NCBI GenBank assembly: GCA_965644315.1
Contig: CBFFRQ010000056.1
Location: 248,001-312,000 of the forward strand
Source of the DNA: Caecitellus pseudoparvulus
Lineage: Eukaryota; Protista; Bigyra: Bicosoecida
Reading direction: 5' to 3'
DNA length: 64,000 nucleotides
The notes under the pieces were generated by a model. The model was not told the DNA's origin. It saw only the letters and a program-made list of their open reading frames with translations, and did no database searches. Positions 22,053-34,500 of this stretch are shown piece after piece; within the stretch, counting starts at the first letter, position 1; every line of letters starts with the position of its first letter. A program made the translations under genes and the position numbers.

Positions 22053-24374
22053 TCACCCTGCCCCAGTCGCTGAGGCGGCACCACCACTCTCTGCGGCGTC
22101 CTCACCCTCGGCATCTTCCGCCAGGGCTGGCATGGCCCCCACAGCAGCCCCGCCAGGAGTTTGAGTGCGCCCACCCTCTTCCAAGTCAACCCTGGCAGAC
22201 ATGCGATTGTAGCGGGAAGAGCCGCCTCGCCGCTGTACTCCTTCGACCAGTACGTTGCCGAGAGACGAGCGGGTGAAGGGCTTCGGCAGCACGACATCAA
22301 AGCCCATTTCGTAGTACCGTCGGATGTCAGCGGGCTCAGTTTGACTGGTCATGGCAATGATGGGTGCCTTTACTTGGTACCGTGTGCGCAGCTCCTTGCA
22401 GATCTCCGCACCGTTGGAGCGGTGCATAAGAATGTCCAGGACGATGGCATCGAAGGGCCTGTACGTCTCGGCCAGCGCGCCTGCCACCTGGTCGCCGTCC
22501 TCCTTGATGATGAAGGTGCAACCAAGCTGCTGGAGGAAGTTCTTGGCCTGGCGCCGGATGACCTTGGCATCGTCCACCAGGAGAATGTGCATGTTCAATG
22601 CCACGCCGTCGCCGTCGATGCCCAGCACTGGCCTGCCACCCTTGGGAGGCGCGCCCTCCAAAGCAGCAGGCGCCACCCCCCCCCCAGACGTGGACTGCGA
22701 GGCGAGGGCAGGATCCACCGTGGCCGACCCAAGGATACCAGCTGGCTCCGAGGCTGTGACAGACTCCACGCCCACTTCGGGCATGGTGCCGTCGATGATG
22801 GCAGGCCGGATGTTGGTCTTGCCCAGCCATGATGCGGGCACCCCGGGAATGAGGTCTTTGCTCTCCGCCTCGATGCTGCCCAGCTCCAGCTCACGAGTTT
22901 GGCGCACTGACGAAAACTTGGCAGTGAACCAGAACTGCACGATCCCAGCGGACTCCGTCAGGCCAAACTTGCCGTACATGAAGTCTGAGACGAGGACATT
23001 GACCAGGGGCAGCAACAGGGCCATGCGCTGCGCCCGAGTGCCCTTGACAGGGATGTCAGCCACAGCTGCATCCATGAGCTCCACGGAGGAGAGTCCGTGC
23101 AGCGTGCCCCGATCCAGCACCTCGAAGCGCAGGTGGGACGGGCCCGCCTTGCTCACCACCACATACAGGTTTGCTTTGGTGTCAGAGGCAAGGCGGGCAG
23201 CGATGAAAAGGACGTTACGCAGGATCTTCAAGACGTGGTGCTCGTCAATGGTCACGGCTGCGGGGACCCCTGGCCCGATAGCCAGCCCCACCTTCAGAGA
23301 GGTCAGGTCCTGCAGCGCATCCACGACGCTGCGCACGGAGCGGCGGATGTTGACGTCTTCGGGCAGGGAATTAAGGGAGCCTTCGCGGAGCCGGGTGAGG
23401 GTGAGGACGTCGTTCACCAGCACGTTCGTCGTCCTCGCAGCCAGCAGCATGTCCGGCATGCTCTCGAAAATGCCACCATCCGCTGCCGCCGGGCCCACGG
23501 AAGCCACCAGCTCGGCGGCCGTTTCCTTCACTTCTGTGGCTGACGCATCTAGGGCGTGGATGGCGTTGCGCAGCTCGTGCAAGGTGTACTTCATCACGCG
23601 GTCCATGACTCCTGTGATGTCCACGTCGGGCGTGGCGTTGCCGTCATGCGCACCACCCTCTGTGCGCCGCGGCAGCACACCCCCTGATGCAGGGTGCGCA
23701 GCCTTGGGCACGCCCAAGTCTTCTTCATCGGGTTCGCCCTCTTGCAGCACGGTCTCGAAGCCGGTGATGCCGGAGGGCTTCCCGCTGCGCATGACAACAT
23801 GCCCCACGAACCGCACCCGCCTCAACTCCCCACCACTGCTCTTGCGATGGAAAGTGATGCGCAGGCGACGCAGTTCGCCTGACATAGCAGCTGTCAACAA
23901 TGGGCGCACCCGGTCCTGAGCAGAGAGGGTGGGCTAGGCTTTGCACACGGCCAGCGAAGGTGGGAGGAAGGGTGCTGCTTACAGCGTCTGCTTCGGGCAC
24001 GTGTGTGATGTACGCGCTTTGTTCAATCTCCGCCGGGTGGTAGCCGAAAATGGTCTCGACATTGCTGGATACATGCTTGATCACACCCTGCGGAAGGCTT
24101 CAGAGGACTGGTGGACGGGGGAAGACAGCCCTCGCAAGCGCCAACAACTTCCGCACCTGCATGGTCATGTGGACGAAAATGTTGCAATCATCTTCATCCA
24201 CAGCACCCGAAATCCGCGCGTGGCGCTCTCGTTGAATGGACTTCACTGGGTCCTCGTCATGCTCCCTGCCATGACTCCCTGTGCGAGCACGGAGCCCGCC
24301 GTGCGGCGGGGTTACGAGGGCGAGAAACGCCTTCATGACAAGCACTCACCCTCCACGCTGCACGTGTTTCCCAT
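22053..24374 (-). CDS. Hybrid histidine kinase-like protein, PAS-HisKA-degenerate HATPase-REC. Introns 24349-24279, 24156-24088, 23982-23916
   Basis: Three in-phase GT-AG introns give MGNTCSVEGSHG...IFVHMTMQGVIKHVSSNVETIFGYHPAE (PAS-like). H-box KYTLHELRNAI, LVNDVLTLTRLREG, LRFEVLDRG. Receiver ILLVDD...AIVLDILM...PIIAMTS...FDVVLPKPF. Confidence 0.88.
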
Positions 24375-24847
24375 CTCGGAGCAGGGGAAGGAGCACGGTA
24401 CTGAACAGGCTCTTGCCTGTCTCGTGCCGAGTGCAAGGCCTCCGAGCTTGCTCGGCGTCCAGCACTGGGCGCTGCTGCCAATCGGTCGGCTGGTGCCACG
24501 AATGTGCAAGCGGCGCAGACGCAGGGGGTGGCAAAGGGCCTGCCGAGGTGACACTGTGGGAAGCTGCGGCACAATGCAGCAGCAAGCTCACCTCGCTCTT
24601 AACCTATCAGGGCGTTGAAGTGTGACAGCCACCTGCATTGCAGCGACGACACGCCGAGAGAAAGCGAGGCCAGGACACGCTGCAGGCAGTGCCAGCCATG
24701 AAACAAATCCCAGGCCTTCTCGCTCATACTGGAAGACTTGCATTCCACTTATACAACATGATTGAAGCTGCGCCGGTACCCTTTCCAAGCGTTGCATCGT
24801 GAGCGAGCATTGCCTTGTGCTGGCTCCAGGTGCGGCTTTTGAGCAGA

Positions 24848-26060
24848 ATGCAGACGGGCTTCTGTGTCCTCCTAGCAGTGCTTGCTTGGGTTTGCTGCAG
24901 CGCTGCAGGAGGTGGTGAGCAACATGATGATGTCATCCGCCGATTGAAGGGCGTCATTGTCGAGCAAAAGACCATGCTGGAGGCTCAGGCACAGATCTTG
25001 GAAAGCATGCAGCAGGAGCCGAGGATGTCGCAGCGAGCAACTCCACACATGCAGGCGCTGCCCGTGAACAGGACGCTGCAGCACGGAGGGCCAGAGCGGC
25101 TGTTCTACCTTAAGCATTTCATGTCACCAGAAGAAGTCAACCTCATGCTGACAGGTGGGCGCGTGCTGCCACCACGTGAGGCGCCACTTGCTCTGCCACC
25201 TGCCTGAGCGACCCCCTTCCACAGCCGCCATGTCAAGGTTCGAGAGATCAACGACATTTGGTGGGAAGGACCTCCAGGATCAAGTGGGTAGCCTCGTGCG
25301 CTCCAGCAGCACAGCCTACCTGACGCAAGAGGACTACGAGAAGGTGCAGCCCATCGTCGAGCGCATGCATGCTGAAGCGCGCATCCCGTACTCAAACGGG
25401 GAAGCTCTGCAAGTGACCAGATACGATGCAGGGCAGCTGTATCAGTTTCATTGGGACAGCCAGTGCGTCGTGCCGCGCTACTTGCGCGCCTGCCTGCCTA
25501 TGCATTGCTCTTGCCCGCCCCACCCCCTCAGCTTGGCCCTGGGGCGGTACGCAACGTTCCTCGTCTTTTTGAACGACGTAGAGCAGGGAGGCCACACGGT
25601 CTTCCCCCAGGCGCAGTGGGTACAAAGTGAGACTGCACGCCACTGGGCAGCTGAGCACTTGGGCCTGCACCTGCCAGAGATAGGCAGCCCTGCGTGGGAC
25701 ACCAGCGACTTGCCCAGCATCAGCACTGACTACATGGCAGAACACCCCAGCATGGAGCCCTTCTGCGCTCACCCTGCAGTTGTACGTTTCCCGCCTCGGG
25801 CTGGGGACGCGCTGCTTTGGTTCAACCACGACATGCAGCTGGACCATGACTGGCACACGCTGCACGGAGGCTGCCCTCCCCTCGGCTCGTCGCGCAAGTA
25901 CATTGCGCAGCAGTGGATGCGATGGTACCGCCAAGACGGGGAGGAGGATAATGATTTCTATGCTATGCTGCAGGAATGTGGCTTCGTGGAGCAGGATGAC
26001 CCGACGGACCCAACGAAAGTGCAGGAGGGTGCAGCCGAGGCGGAACCCATCGAGCTGTAG
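24848..26060 (+). CDS. Secretory-pathway prolyl 4-hydroxylase-like 2OG-Fe(II) oxygenase. Introns 25155-25224, 25463-25531
   Basis: Signal peptide MQTGFCVLLAVLAWVCCSA, then FYLKHFMSPEE, RSSSTAYL, GEALQVTRY...FHWD (HxD), RYATFLVFLND...GGHTVFP, PRAGDALLW, LHGGCP and KYIAQQW. Confidence 0.9.
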
Positions 26061-26092
26061 CCTGGCCGCCAGACTGGAGCACAGTCGCAGTA

Positions 26093-26100
26093 TGAATTCA
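26093..26100. terminator. Palindrome TGAATTCA: candidate shared 3'-end signal (AATTCA on both strands) between convergent P4H and coiled-coil genes
   Basis: Lies about 35 nt after the P4H stop and includes the TGA stop of the minus-strand gene. Function is inferred. Confidence 0.45.
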
Positions 26101-27603
26101 CGGGTGGAAAAACGCATCCAGGTCCACAGGCTGACCTTGAGTCGGAGGCGAGGCGCTGGCGCTATGGGCAGCTGCTGCGCGCCACTTGGCGGTGGCCAAG
26201 GCCACACCCCAAGGTGACGCCTGAGAGGCTGGCGCAGGGGGTGCTGCTGAGCTAGCTTCAAGCGCAGCCACGCGCGCCATAAGGGCTTCTACTTCAGGTG
26301 CGCGATGAGCTCCTTGCGTCGCCAGAACGTCGCAGCGCTGGCGCTCAGCAGCCAAGACCTGCGCCTGTTCCTCCGCGGCAGCCGCGGCAGCCGCAGCAGC
26401 CTGCTTTGCCTTGCCCTGCGCCTGTTTTAAGGCGCTCTTCAACTTCTTAACCTTGGCTTTGGCCTCCCGAGCATCCTGCTGCGCCGCAGCCGTCGCCGCG
26501 TCGGCAGCCTCCAGCTGGGCCCTCAGCAGACTGGTCAAGTTTCGCGTCTCCTTCGCCTCCTCCAGCAGGGCTTTCAGGCGGTCTTGAGCCATGTCCAGCG
26601 CCGCTATCAGCCGCTTGTTCTCGCGCTTCTGCGCGCCAAGTGCGGCGGCATCCTTACTGGGCCGGTCCCAGGCGCCTCTGAGCTGCGCCCGGGTCGCTGC
26701 AAGAGCCTCCTCCACCTCCGCCACGCGCGCCAGAGCTGCATCCCGCGCGTCAATCAATGAGGAACGATCCCTGCGCCATGCTGCAAGCTCAGACACCGCC
26801 TCCTTCAGCAGGCGGTCTGACTGAGCCGCTCGTCGACATGACACGGCAGCCTCCTGACGCATGTGCACCACCTCACTCACTGTGGCGGTGGGCGTGTGAC
26901 TAGGCAGGGAAACAGAGGAAGATTGCGGCATCAAAGACAACTCTTGATCAGGCGGAGGGGGCACACGCTCAGGGGGGGCGGCGGCAGGGCTGCCTTCGCC
27001 GGCATCGACAGCTTGCCAGCCTTGCTCGGCGCGACGCTGGGGAGACTGCCGGCGGCTCTGGCTGCTAGGGACAGCCGAGCCAGCACGAGTTGGACTGCCA
27101 CCTTGAACACTTCCCCTGCTCACTGCCCTGGCTGGGGTGGGCGGTCGATGCGACGAAGAAGCCGCACGAGCAGAGGGGGCCGCCTCCCGCGGGTCAAATT
27201 CCGCGCCCGCCCTTCGAGGCGATGGCATGGGTGGAATGGAGAGCGGAGTGGACATTGTCGCCGCCAAGGAAGGCGGAACATGCCCTTTCTTTGGCGCTGT
27301 CTTCAGTGACCCCTGTCCAACCTTGGGCTTTCCGACGCTGGCTCCCGCAGTATCGCGTGAAGCTGGCACCTGCATTGGCCGCTGCGACCCTTGCTCGGCA
27401 GTGGATGCAGGCGAGCCCCGCCTCGCAGACGGGCTGGCTTGCAGCCTGCGCTGCACTGCTGAAGCAACACGATGTGCATCGAGGTAAGCAGGGTCAGCTT
27501 TCACGGATCCTCTGGCGAGGGCAGGTGACACGGCAGGCACTCGACGCCGTGGTGGAGCTGGAGATGGCTGCGGCGCCCCTGCACGTCGTGTTTGCGATAG
27601 CAT
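26098..27603 (-). CDS. Hypothetical protein: Pro/Ser-rich N-half, C-terminal coiled coil
   Basis: 3' part of ORF 26098..28527 from ATG 27603 (MLSQTRRAG). Heptad-like A/E/K/L/Q/R-rich helix over ~26270-26850. Most of the upstream part of that ORF overlaps the channel gene in another frame. Confidence 0.7.
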   Translation of the reverse strand: MLSQTRRAGAPQPSPAPPRRRVPAVSPALARGSVKADPAYLDAHRVASAVQRRLQASPSARRGSPASTAEQGSQRPMQVPASRDTAGASVGKPKVGQGSLKTAPKKGHVPPSLAATMSTPLSIPPMPSPRRAGAEFDPREAAPSARAASSSHRPPTPARAVSRGSVQGGSPTRAGSAVPSSQSRRQSPQRRAEQGWQAVDAGEGSPAAAPPERVPPPPDQELSLMPQSSSVSLPSHTPTATVSEVVHMRQEAAVSCRRAAQSDRLLKEAVSELAAWRRDRSSLIDARDAALARVAEVEEALAATRAQLRGAWDRPSKDAAALGAQKRENKRLIAALDMAQDRLKALLEEAKETRNLTSLLRAQLEAADAATAAAQQDAREAKAKVKKLKSALKQAQGKAKQAAAAAAAAAEEQAQVLAAERQRCDVLATQGAHRAPEVEALMARVAALEASSAAPPAPASQASPWGVALATAKWRAAAAHSASASPPTQGQPVDLDAFFHP

Positions 27604-27755
27604 GCTGGTGTGGGACCGGCCGAAGCGGGGAGGCGTGCGTCGCACTGCACTGCACTCATGTAGAGCCGAGCGTGGCAAAGATGAATTGGAAACCCTGCCG
27701 GCACGCTGGCAGGGATGGTCGCCAGCACGGCTTGCAGCTCGTTCCCAGGATATGG

Positions 27756-30700
27756 TCAGGGAGCCTGCGTCGAAGCGCCCGCGAAGGCTGCAGCCTCCTC
27801 GGCCTCTGCGTCTTCGTCGTCCTCCTCCGCAACTTCGTCCATGACGACAGCCCTGGCGCCCTTGTTCATGGCGGCAATGACCCGTGCGCTGCCGTCTTGC
27901 TGGGCTGCCTCGCGCGCCTGGGCGGTGCTCTCCATGTCTCCGCGCAGCCGACCGCGCAGCTGGGAGGAGGACAGCTGCCGCCCCAGAGTTCCCCTGGCGT
28001 GCGCCATACCGCCCGGGGACCACGAGGCGCGTCGCAATCGAGCACCCGCGCCACCCTGCCCCATGCCGCCCGACAGCTGGCTGTGGAGGTGGGCTGCCCG
28101 TGAGGGCGGCGGCACGGGCATGGGCGCTGGAGGGGGACCGGGTGGTTGGGACGTGGAGGCGGGGTCTGCTTCGGGGGCCTCCCCGGGGCCACTTGCGTGG
28201 TCTGAAGACGATGATGTGGGCACAGTGAGGTGCGCTGGCAAGGTGCTGAGCATGGGGGGCATGGCAGGCAGCGTGCTGGGCTGGGGCAAGCCCATGGAAT
28301 GCGCCCTGCCGGCACCGATGCCGCTGCCAGTCGCTGAGGCGCCGGTGTCCAGCACGTCGGTGTACCCGAAGCTGTCCATGCGCTGCAGCGCCACCTCTCG
28401 CAGGGGCACCCCGAACAGCATGGGGTACTTTTGAGTCAGCTCGTACACAGCCTGGCGCGGCAGCACGTAGGCCTCTGTCTGGGCCATGGACGTGGCGGTG
28501 GCTTCGTACGTGTCTGAGAACAGGCACTCTGCTGCGCCGAAGAAGGCCCCGTCCGACATCTCAGCCACCTGCACGCCGTCCCGCAGCAGCCCCACCAAGC
28601 CTTTGGACAGGAAGTACATGCCGTGCACAGGCGTGGTTTGCACGTACAGGATGACGCCGGGGCCGGCTGTCGTGCGCTCCAGCTTCCACACGACGTCAGC
28701 CACGACATCTGCGCCCTGAGGCACGGCGTCGTTGTCGCGCAGCTCGCGCAGGAAGTGGATGCTGTCGATCAAACTCTTGCGCGCAAACAGCAGCACGTCA
28801 CGGCGGAGGGACGCTGGCAGCTGGGGCAGGATGTCACTGACGCTCTCTGCAGACTTGTTGGAGTCTTCTAGCCAGCGATGCAGGCGCCGGCGCAGGGGCT
28901 TGGGGGGCGCCACCGTGCGCAGGAGGTGGGAGATGCCATCTTCGCGCTGGCGCTGGGAGTTGGACGACTTGGCCTGCGCAGCCACCACCTGCAGGATGTC
29001 GGCGACCAGGATGCCGCCGCCCAGCATGCCAATGACCACAACCAGCATGGTGAAGCCCTGCTCGCCTGCCGTGACGGGGGAGATGTCCCCGAAGCCCACC
29101 GTGGACATGGTCACGAGGGTCCAGTACACAGACGCGATGTAGCGCTCGGCGACCGTGCGTTCACTGAGCCCTGCCGCTGCAATCCAGGACTCGTCGGGCT
29201 GCATGTCCCGCAGGTCCCCGCCCACTGCCGGGGAAATGCCGATCCAGTGCCAGGCACAGGCGATCCAGTGCGCGAAGAGCGCAGACATGCCCAGCGTGCG
29301 CAGGACTGCGGCAAAGGCGGGCAAGGACAGGAACGTGTCCTCCAGGGAGCTCCACAGTGACATGAGGATGGGTAGCTGCATGAGGCGGCCCACCTTGACC
29401 ACGCGCACCATGCGCAGGGCGCGGGGAAGGCGGGCCAGGCGGGCCAGGCGGTTGCCTCCGGAGCTGGCGTCGCCATTGGACAGGATGCTGTTGAAGGGGA
29501 AGATGGACACGAGGTCGGTGATGAACCATCCTGTGAGGTAGTTCACGGCAATGGCGCCGGGGTCTGAGATGATGTGTCCGCTGTTGTCCTGGTACGCGGA
29601 GACGAACTGGATGAGCATGTCCATGGCGAACATGGCGTACACGATCCAGTCGGTGACTTCCAGGCCCTCATTCTCCGCCTCGAAGGCCAGAGCGAAGGGC
29701 ATGATGGTGGCCGTGTAAAAGATGGCGGGCAGCATGATGATGTCCCAGCCGGACTTCACGTGGCCGTGAGGGTGCAGAATGCACCGCGATCCACGCACAC
29801 AGCCGTACCGCGTCCAGGGGTTCCGCTGCAGCCCTGAGAACTCATCCTCGTCGCCGTCGCTCACGCTGGACCATGACCGCCCTGTGGACTGCAGCCGTCG
29901 CTTGCGCCGCCGGGTGGTCATTGAGCGGGGGCTTGCAGTTGAGCTTCCTTGTGCAGGCACCAGGTCATGCTTGCTGCTCACCATCTCCACCGTGACGCCC
30001 TTGGGGGAACTCGAGGACGCACTTCCTGCCAGTACTGCTGCTACGGCCTTGGCATCATCTGCGAAGCAGAAGGAAGCGGAGTGGTGAGTGCAAAGGCTGC
30101 ACGTCGCAAGCGACTGGGCCTGAGCCGCATGAGGGGCGGTCATGGACACGCGAGCTCCCTGCCCAGGCACAGGGAAGGGCAGGGAAAGTTGTGACAAACA
30201 AGCACTTTACGCCCAGCAAGGTTGGCAGGCCAACTCGTCCTTGCAGGCTGGAAGGGAGTGCCCGCATGTTTCCGTATTGGCTGGCGTGGCACACCCCTAT
30301 TCCTCCCCCGCGAACAAGCTCAAGGCGCGGCACGCACCTTCAAACTTGCCAGGTCGCTCTTTGTCTGCATGGTCCTGTTTCTGGCTGTCCCCAGCTGCTT
30401 CCTGGTGGAGACCTGCGGGGCTGCTGCGGCCACTGCCACTCACAGGCGTGCCAGATGGGCTCAGCGCCAGGCGAGACTCCTGATCCGGATCAGGGGGAGG
30501 AATTGGCTGAGAGGGAGGGGGGATGCTGCGATAGCTTGACCCCCGGGAGTGCCCCGGAGGAAAGCTCACACGACTGCCGGTGCTGTGTGAGCGCTGTGCA
30601 GTCGTGGCAGGCACCGGAGAGGGGCCTGCAGAGGAAGAGGGCAGCGGGGAGCGTGGCAGCAGGAAGGAGGAGCTTGTGCCACGAGTGCTCATGCGCTCTA

Positions 30701-31171
30701 AGCCCGCCTCTACGCAGCTTGTGCCAGCACAGTGCAAGCCCGCAAGCCGGCGTTTCGCTTGCGGCTGGAAACGGCACCTCACGCACCTCCCGAAGCAGTC
30801 ACAGCCGACAAGGCAGCAGAGATGGTGGAAGCTTCCAGCGCCCTCACACGCCGTGCAGTGGCTTTGCCTGCCAGCCTGGTCGAGCCAGTCGACAGGCGCA
30901 CGCCAGCCTCTGCCACAGCGCTGTCCAGACGGTGCAGAGCAGCCTCACGCCTGCGTTTCACGTCTTCCTCTGCGTCTGTGCCGCGCTCAGCATCAGGCGA
31001 CTGCCCCGATGTTCGCTCCCGATCAACGTCGCCTGCAGTTCCACCTTCGCTATGCCCTGAGTCGTACGGGTCTGGCCTCTCCTCGCTGCAGTGTGAGGCC
31101 GAGTCCAGCTCATCTTGGTGTGCCCGCGCGGCTTGCACCGTCTGGATGGCTGCGGCGGTGGCGGCGGACAT
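27756..31171 (-). CDS. Voltage-gated K+ channel with cyclic-nucleotide-binding (homology) domain, EAG/KCNH-like. 5' exons tentative (introns 30786-30710, 30337-30059)
   Basis: LHPHGHVKSGWD (S1 entry), NYLTGWFITDLVSIFPF (S3), RLARLARLPRALRMVRVVKVGRL (S4), HWIACAW (S5), YWTLVTMSTVGFGDISP (pore), C-linker LPASLRRDV and CNBD MYFLSKG...GAFFG. The core 27756-30058 is firm; the upstream exons rest only on in-phase splice sites. Confidence 0.9.
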
Positions 31172-31524
31172 GCTGAAAGGCTTTGCGGACACTCCCCGCA
31201 CACAACCTGGAAGCAGCCTGCCATGAGCCTGGCGTCCGTCAACGTGCAGCGCCCAAGGGTTGCGTGAATTGACCGTTTGGGGTGCAGTGCGGGAAAGCTG
31301 CTCAGAGCATCTTCCAGCCAGGCACGAACTCAGACCAGGTTCATCCTCCGCTCGTCAAAACCCAACAACGACACAACACACTCCCTCTCCGCTTCTCAAG
31401 CTTTCGTCCGTACTCCCTGAGCATCTATTCAAACACCCTCCGGCAGCCCTGTTTCTGCAGCTGGTGGCCGGGTGACCAGCACACCCGATTTCCGCACTTT
31501 GGCTTGTTGGCCGCCACGTGCGGC

Positions 31525-34500
31525 ATGGCGCACGGTCACATGAGCATGCGGTATCCAGCCGCAAGCGGTTGGGAGCGGCAGTACACAGGGCGCTTGCGTG
31601 GGCGCGGGGTGGGGCGCCACCTCGGGGACATCAGGTGCGTGGCATGGCGGTGTGTCGGCTCCGCAGGGGTTCGTGCCCCACGCCCCAACGCCATGAATGA
31701 CCACGTCCCGCCCTTGGCTCGCCTGCAGACAAGAGGTGGTGGAAGGGACGCTGGATGTGTATCTTGAAGAGAAGGACTGCTGGATCTCCTGCTTCTGCCG
31801 ACTCAAGGTGCGCAAGCCGCGTGGCGTGGCTGCAGATCTTCCGCAAGCACCTGTGCTACCCCGCCCTGCCTCTCTTGCACCCCTTCCCTGCCTGTGCGCC
31901 CCGCGCAGGACATGAAGCTCAAGTTGTACGAGACCACATTGAAGGCTGCCTCTGCAGGAGCTGCGGCGGGCCCTGCGTCCTCCTCCTTGGTGCGCATGCC
32001 CATGGCGGCAGGCGCAGGTCAGGCGCGCATTGCCACCCTGTACATGGACCGCATGCAACGCATCAAGCAAGGCAGCGCTCGCCGGGGCCCGAGTGCAAAG
32101 AAACCTGCCACCACCACCAAGCCCTCTGGCCAAGGGCCGCCGTCGCAGCAGGAGCCATGTGCCCTAGGAGAGTCGACGCCACCGACAGGCGCACACAAGC
32201 CCTCGGCGGGAGGAGGGCACGGCGCGGCGGGGGCCCCATCGACCCCCGCAAGCATTGGCACCATCGGCAAAGGGGCGCCTCGGCAGCTGTCCACAGAGTT
32301 CACGCTGACCTTCCGTGACTCTGCGAACCTCTCCCGGCCCTACCAGCGCAAGGTGAAGCCAGCAGCGCCGGGGCAGGCTGCCCCCGGCCACTTCACCCCG
32401 CCCCCCGGCGCCAAACCTGACGAGGTTGCCATGGCAGCTCTCAGTGCGTCGCTTGTGCACAGTGGCGCCATGGACGCCGCGGCGCCCACCCGCACTGCCT
32501 ACCGCAAGAGCCGGAGCGTGACGTACCGGTTCCGGGCCCGTGATGAGGCTGCCGTGCGAGATTGGCTCTTTGGCCTGCAGAAGTGCGGCATGGTGCTCTT
32601 GGAGCGGGCTCTGGGCCGCTCCGTGCAGCCCACCCCCCCACGCCCTGCCGTCAAGGGCAGGGGCAGCCGCTCCAGCTCTGTGCTGGATGCACCGGGTGGC
32701 GCCCTGCCGGGGCGGTCGGAGCGAGCGGGCAGCTCCTCCTCCCGGCGAGACTCAGCGCCGTCGATGGAGCCACTGGACGGCAGGGGTGTTGCCTTTGGGC
32801 CAGCATCCATGCACAACTTCGGCAGCGGCATGGGCGGCGGCATGGGGCTTGCGGGGTACATGCAAGCGCTCCCGCCCTCCCTGCCCCCTCAGCACACAGC
32901 ACCGCCCTCCCCGCCGCCAGTGGCGCCATCCCCTGCGCCGTACACAGGCAGCCCTGCGCAGAGCCGCCCAGGGGTCTCCCTGCCTCGCAGTGGGGCACCC
33001 CTCACCCCTGAACGGCTGGCAGGTGAGGGTGGCGGGGAAGGCAGTGATGACGAGGAGGGGGCGGCGGGTGACGGCCTCTTCTTCGCCATGAGCCCGAACG
33101 CAGCGCAGCGCCGGGACGGCAGGGCTGGCCAGGGCCCTTCGCCCACGCTGGGCGGCCAGACTGGGCATGGCCCGCCTCACCCCCACCGTCAGGTGTCCTC
33201 TGGGCGGCCCGTGCACGGCACCATTGTTGCTGGGCAAGCCGCGAAAGCCCCTTCAGACTTCTTCAGAGCAGGCAGCCTCCCCGTGGGCATCGGCCAGGGG
33301 CTAGCAGCACGGTACCCCCTCTACACGCCGTCACATGCTCCAGGCCGCTTCCCGGCACCCGCGCGTGCGCCGGCACCTGCACAGAAACCCCGCGTGAGTG
33401 AGGTGCCCCGGCGAGTCGCCCGTGCTGAGTCAGGGGACTCGACAGAGCACTCAGATGCAGATGGGGCCGACGGCATGTTCCGCTTGTCCCCCGAGTCCAA
33501 GCCGCAGTCCGACTCGGGCGGGTCCCCCTCCTCCCCTGACATATCCCCCACTCCTCGAGGGGCACGCGGTTCCCCCAAGCTGGACATCTTCCAGCCGGCG
33601 TCCTCGGCTGCCCATCGCCGCTACGCACCAGCTCTGGAGCCCGAGTCCTCCACGTCAGAGGACGAGGACAGCGAAGTGGATGACCATGACACAGGGAGCG
33701 AGTCCCCGACTCAGAAACTGGTGCCCCTGTCCACAGCAACTCCACCTGCCCCAGCGGTTCAGCCCGAGGAGCCCGCTGTTGCGGCAACTTCCGTGCTGGG
33801 TGGCCTCTCACGCACACCACGTCTCACCAGTCGCCAGCGCTCCGCCCCGACGCACGACTCGCAGCGCAAGCAACCCAAACCGGCAGCTGCCTTCACGTCC
33901 CAGCCAAGCTTGCAGCGCATCATGACAGACACCGCTGCCACGCCAGGCACGGGCGCTGCCAAAGCTTCGGGCGCGTGGGTGCCCCCATCCCTTCGACGCA
34001 GGCGGGAGGCAGAGGCTGCCGCCGGCGGTGCTGCGGCCATGGGCCCGCCTGCCAGCAGCTCCAGCACGCCACCTGCTGCCCACTCGGGCAGGAGTGCAGC
34101 ACCAGCGCCTCCCCGTGGCCCTGACCGCAACCACGCCATGGTGAAGATCCAGAAAATGATGGCGGCGGCAGAGGTTGAGAGGTGGCACCCCCCACCACCC
34201 TCTGCCGACGCTGCAGCGCCTGGCCCGGCTTGGTACAGCAGCACTGACGTGGAGGTCGTGGGCGTGTGCTCCGTGCAGGGGGTGCGCAGTCGCATGGAGG
34301 ACGCCCACGTTGTGCACTTGAGCTCTGGAGGGGACCCTTGCATCTTCGCAGTGTTCGACGGGCACGCAGGAGACGCAGCGGCGGCGTTCGCAGCGGCGCA
34401 CCTGCCAGCCCTGCTCACCTCACACCCCGCTTACCGCACGGACCCAGCGCTGGCAGCAGTGGATTCGTACCACGCCGTGGACGCCCACTTCATGGCTGTC

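Noticed and set aside
22351-23919. Long antisense ORFs (this 522-aa ORF and others such as 10575..11939, 37084..38439, 45873..47372)
   Set aside because: They are shadows of real genes on the opposite strand, with no recognisable motifs.
27604-28527. 5' extension of the 809-aa ORF overlapping the channel gene
   Set aside because: Arg/His-rich off-frame translation of the channel CDS, as expected in GC-rich DNA with few stops.
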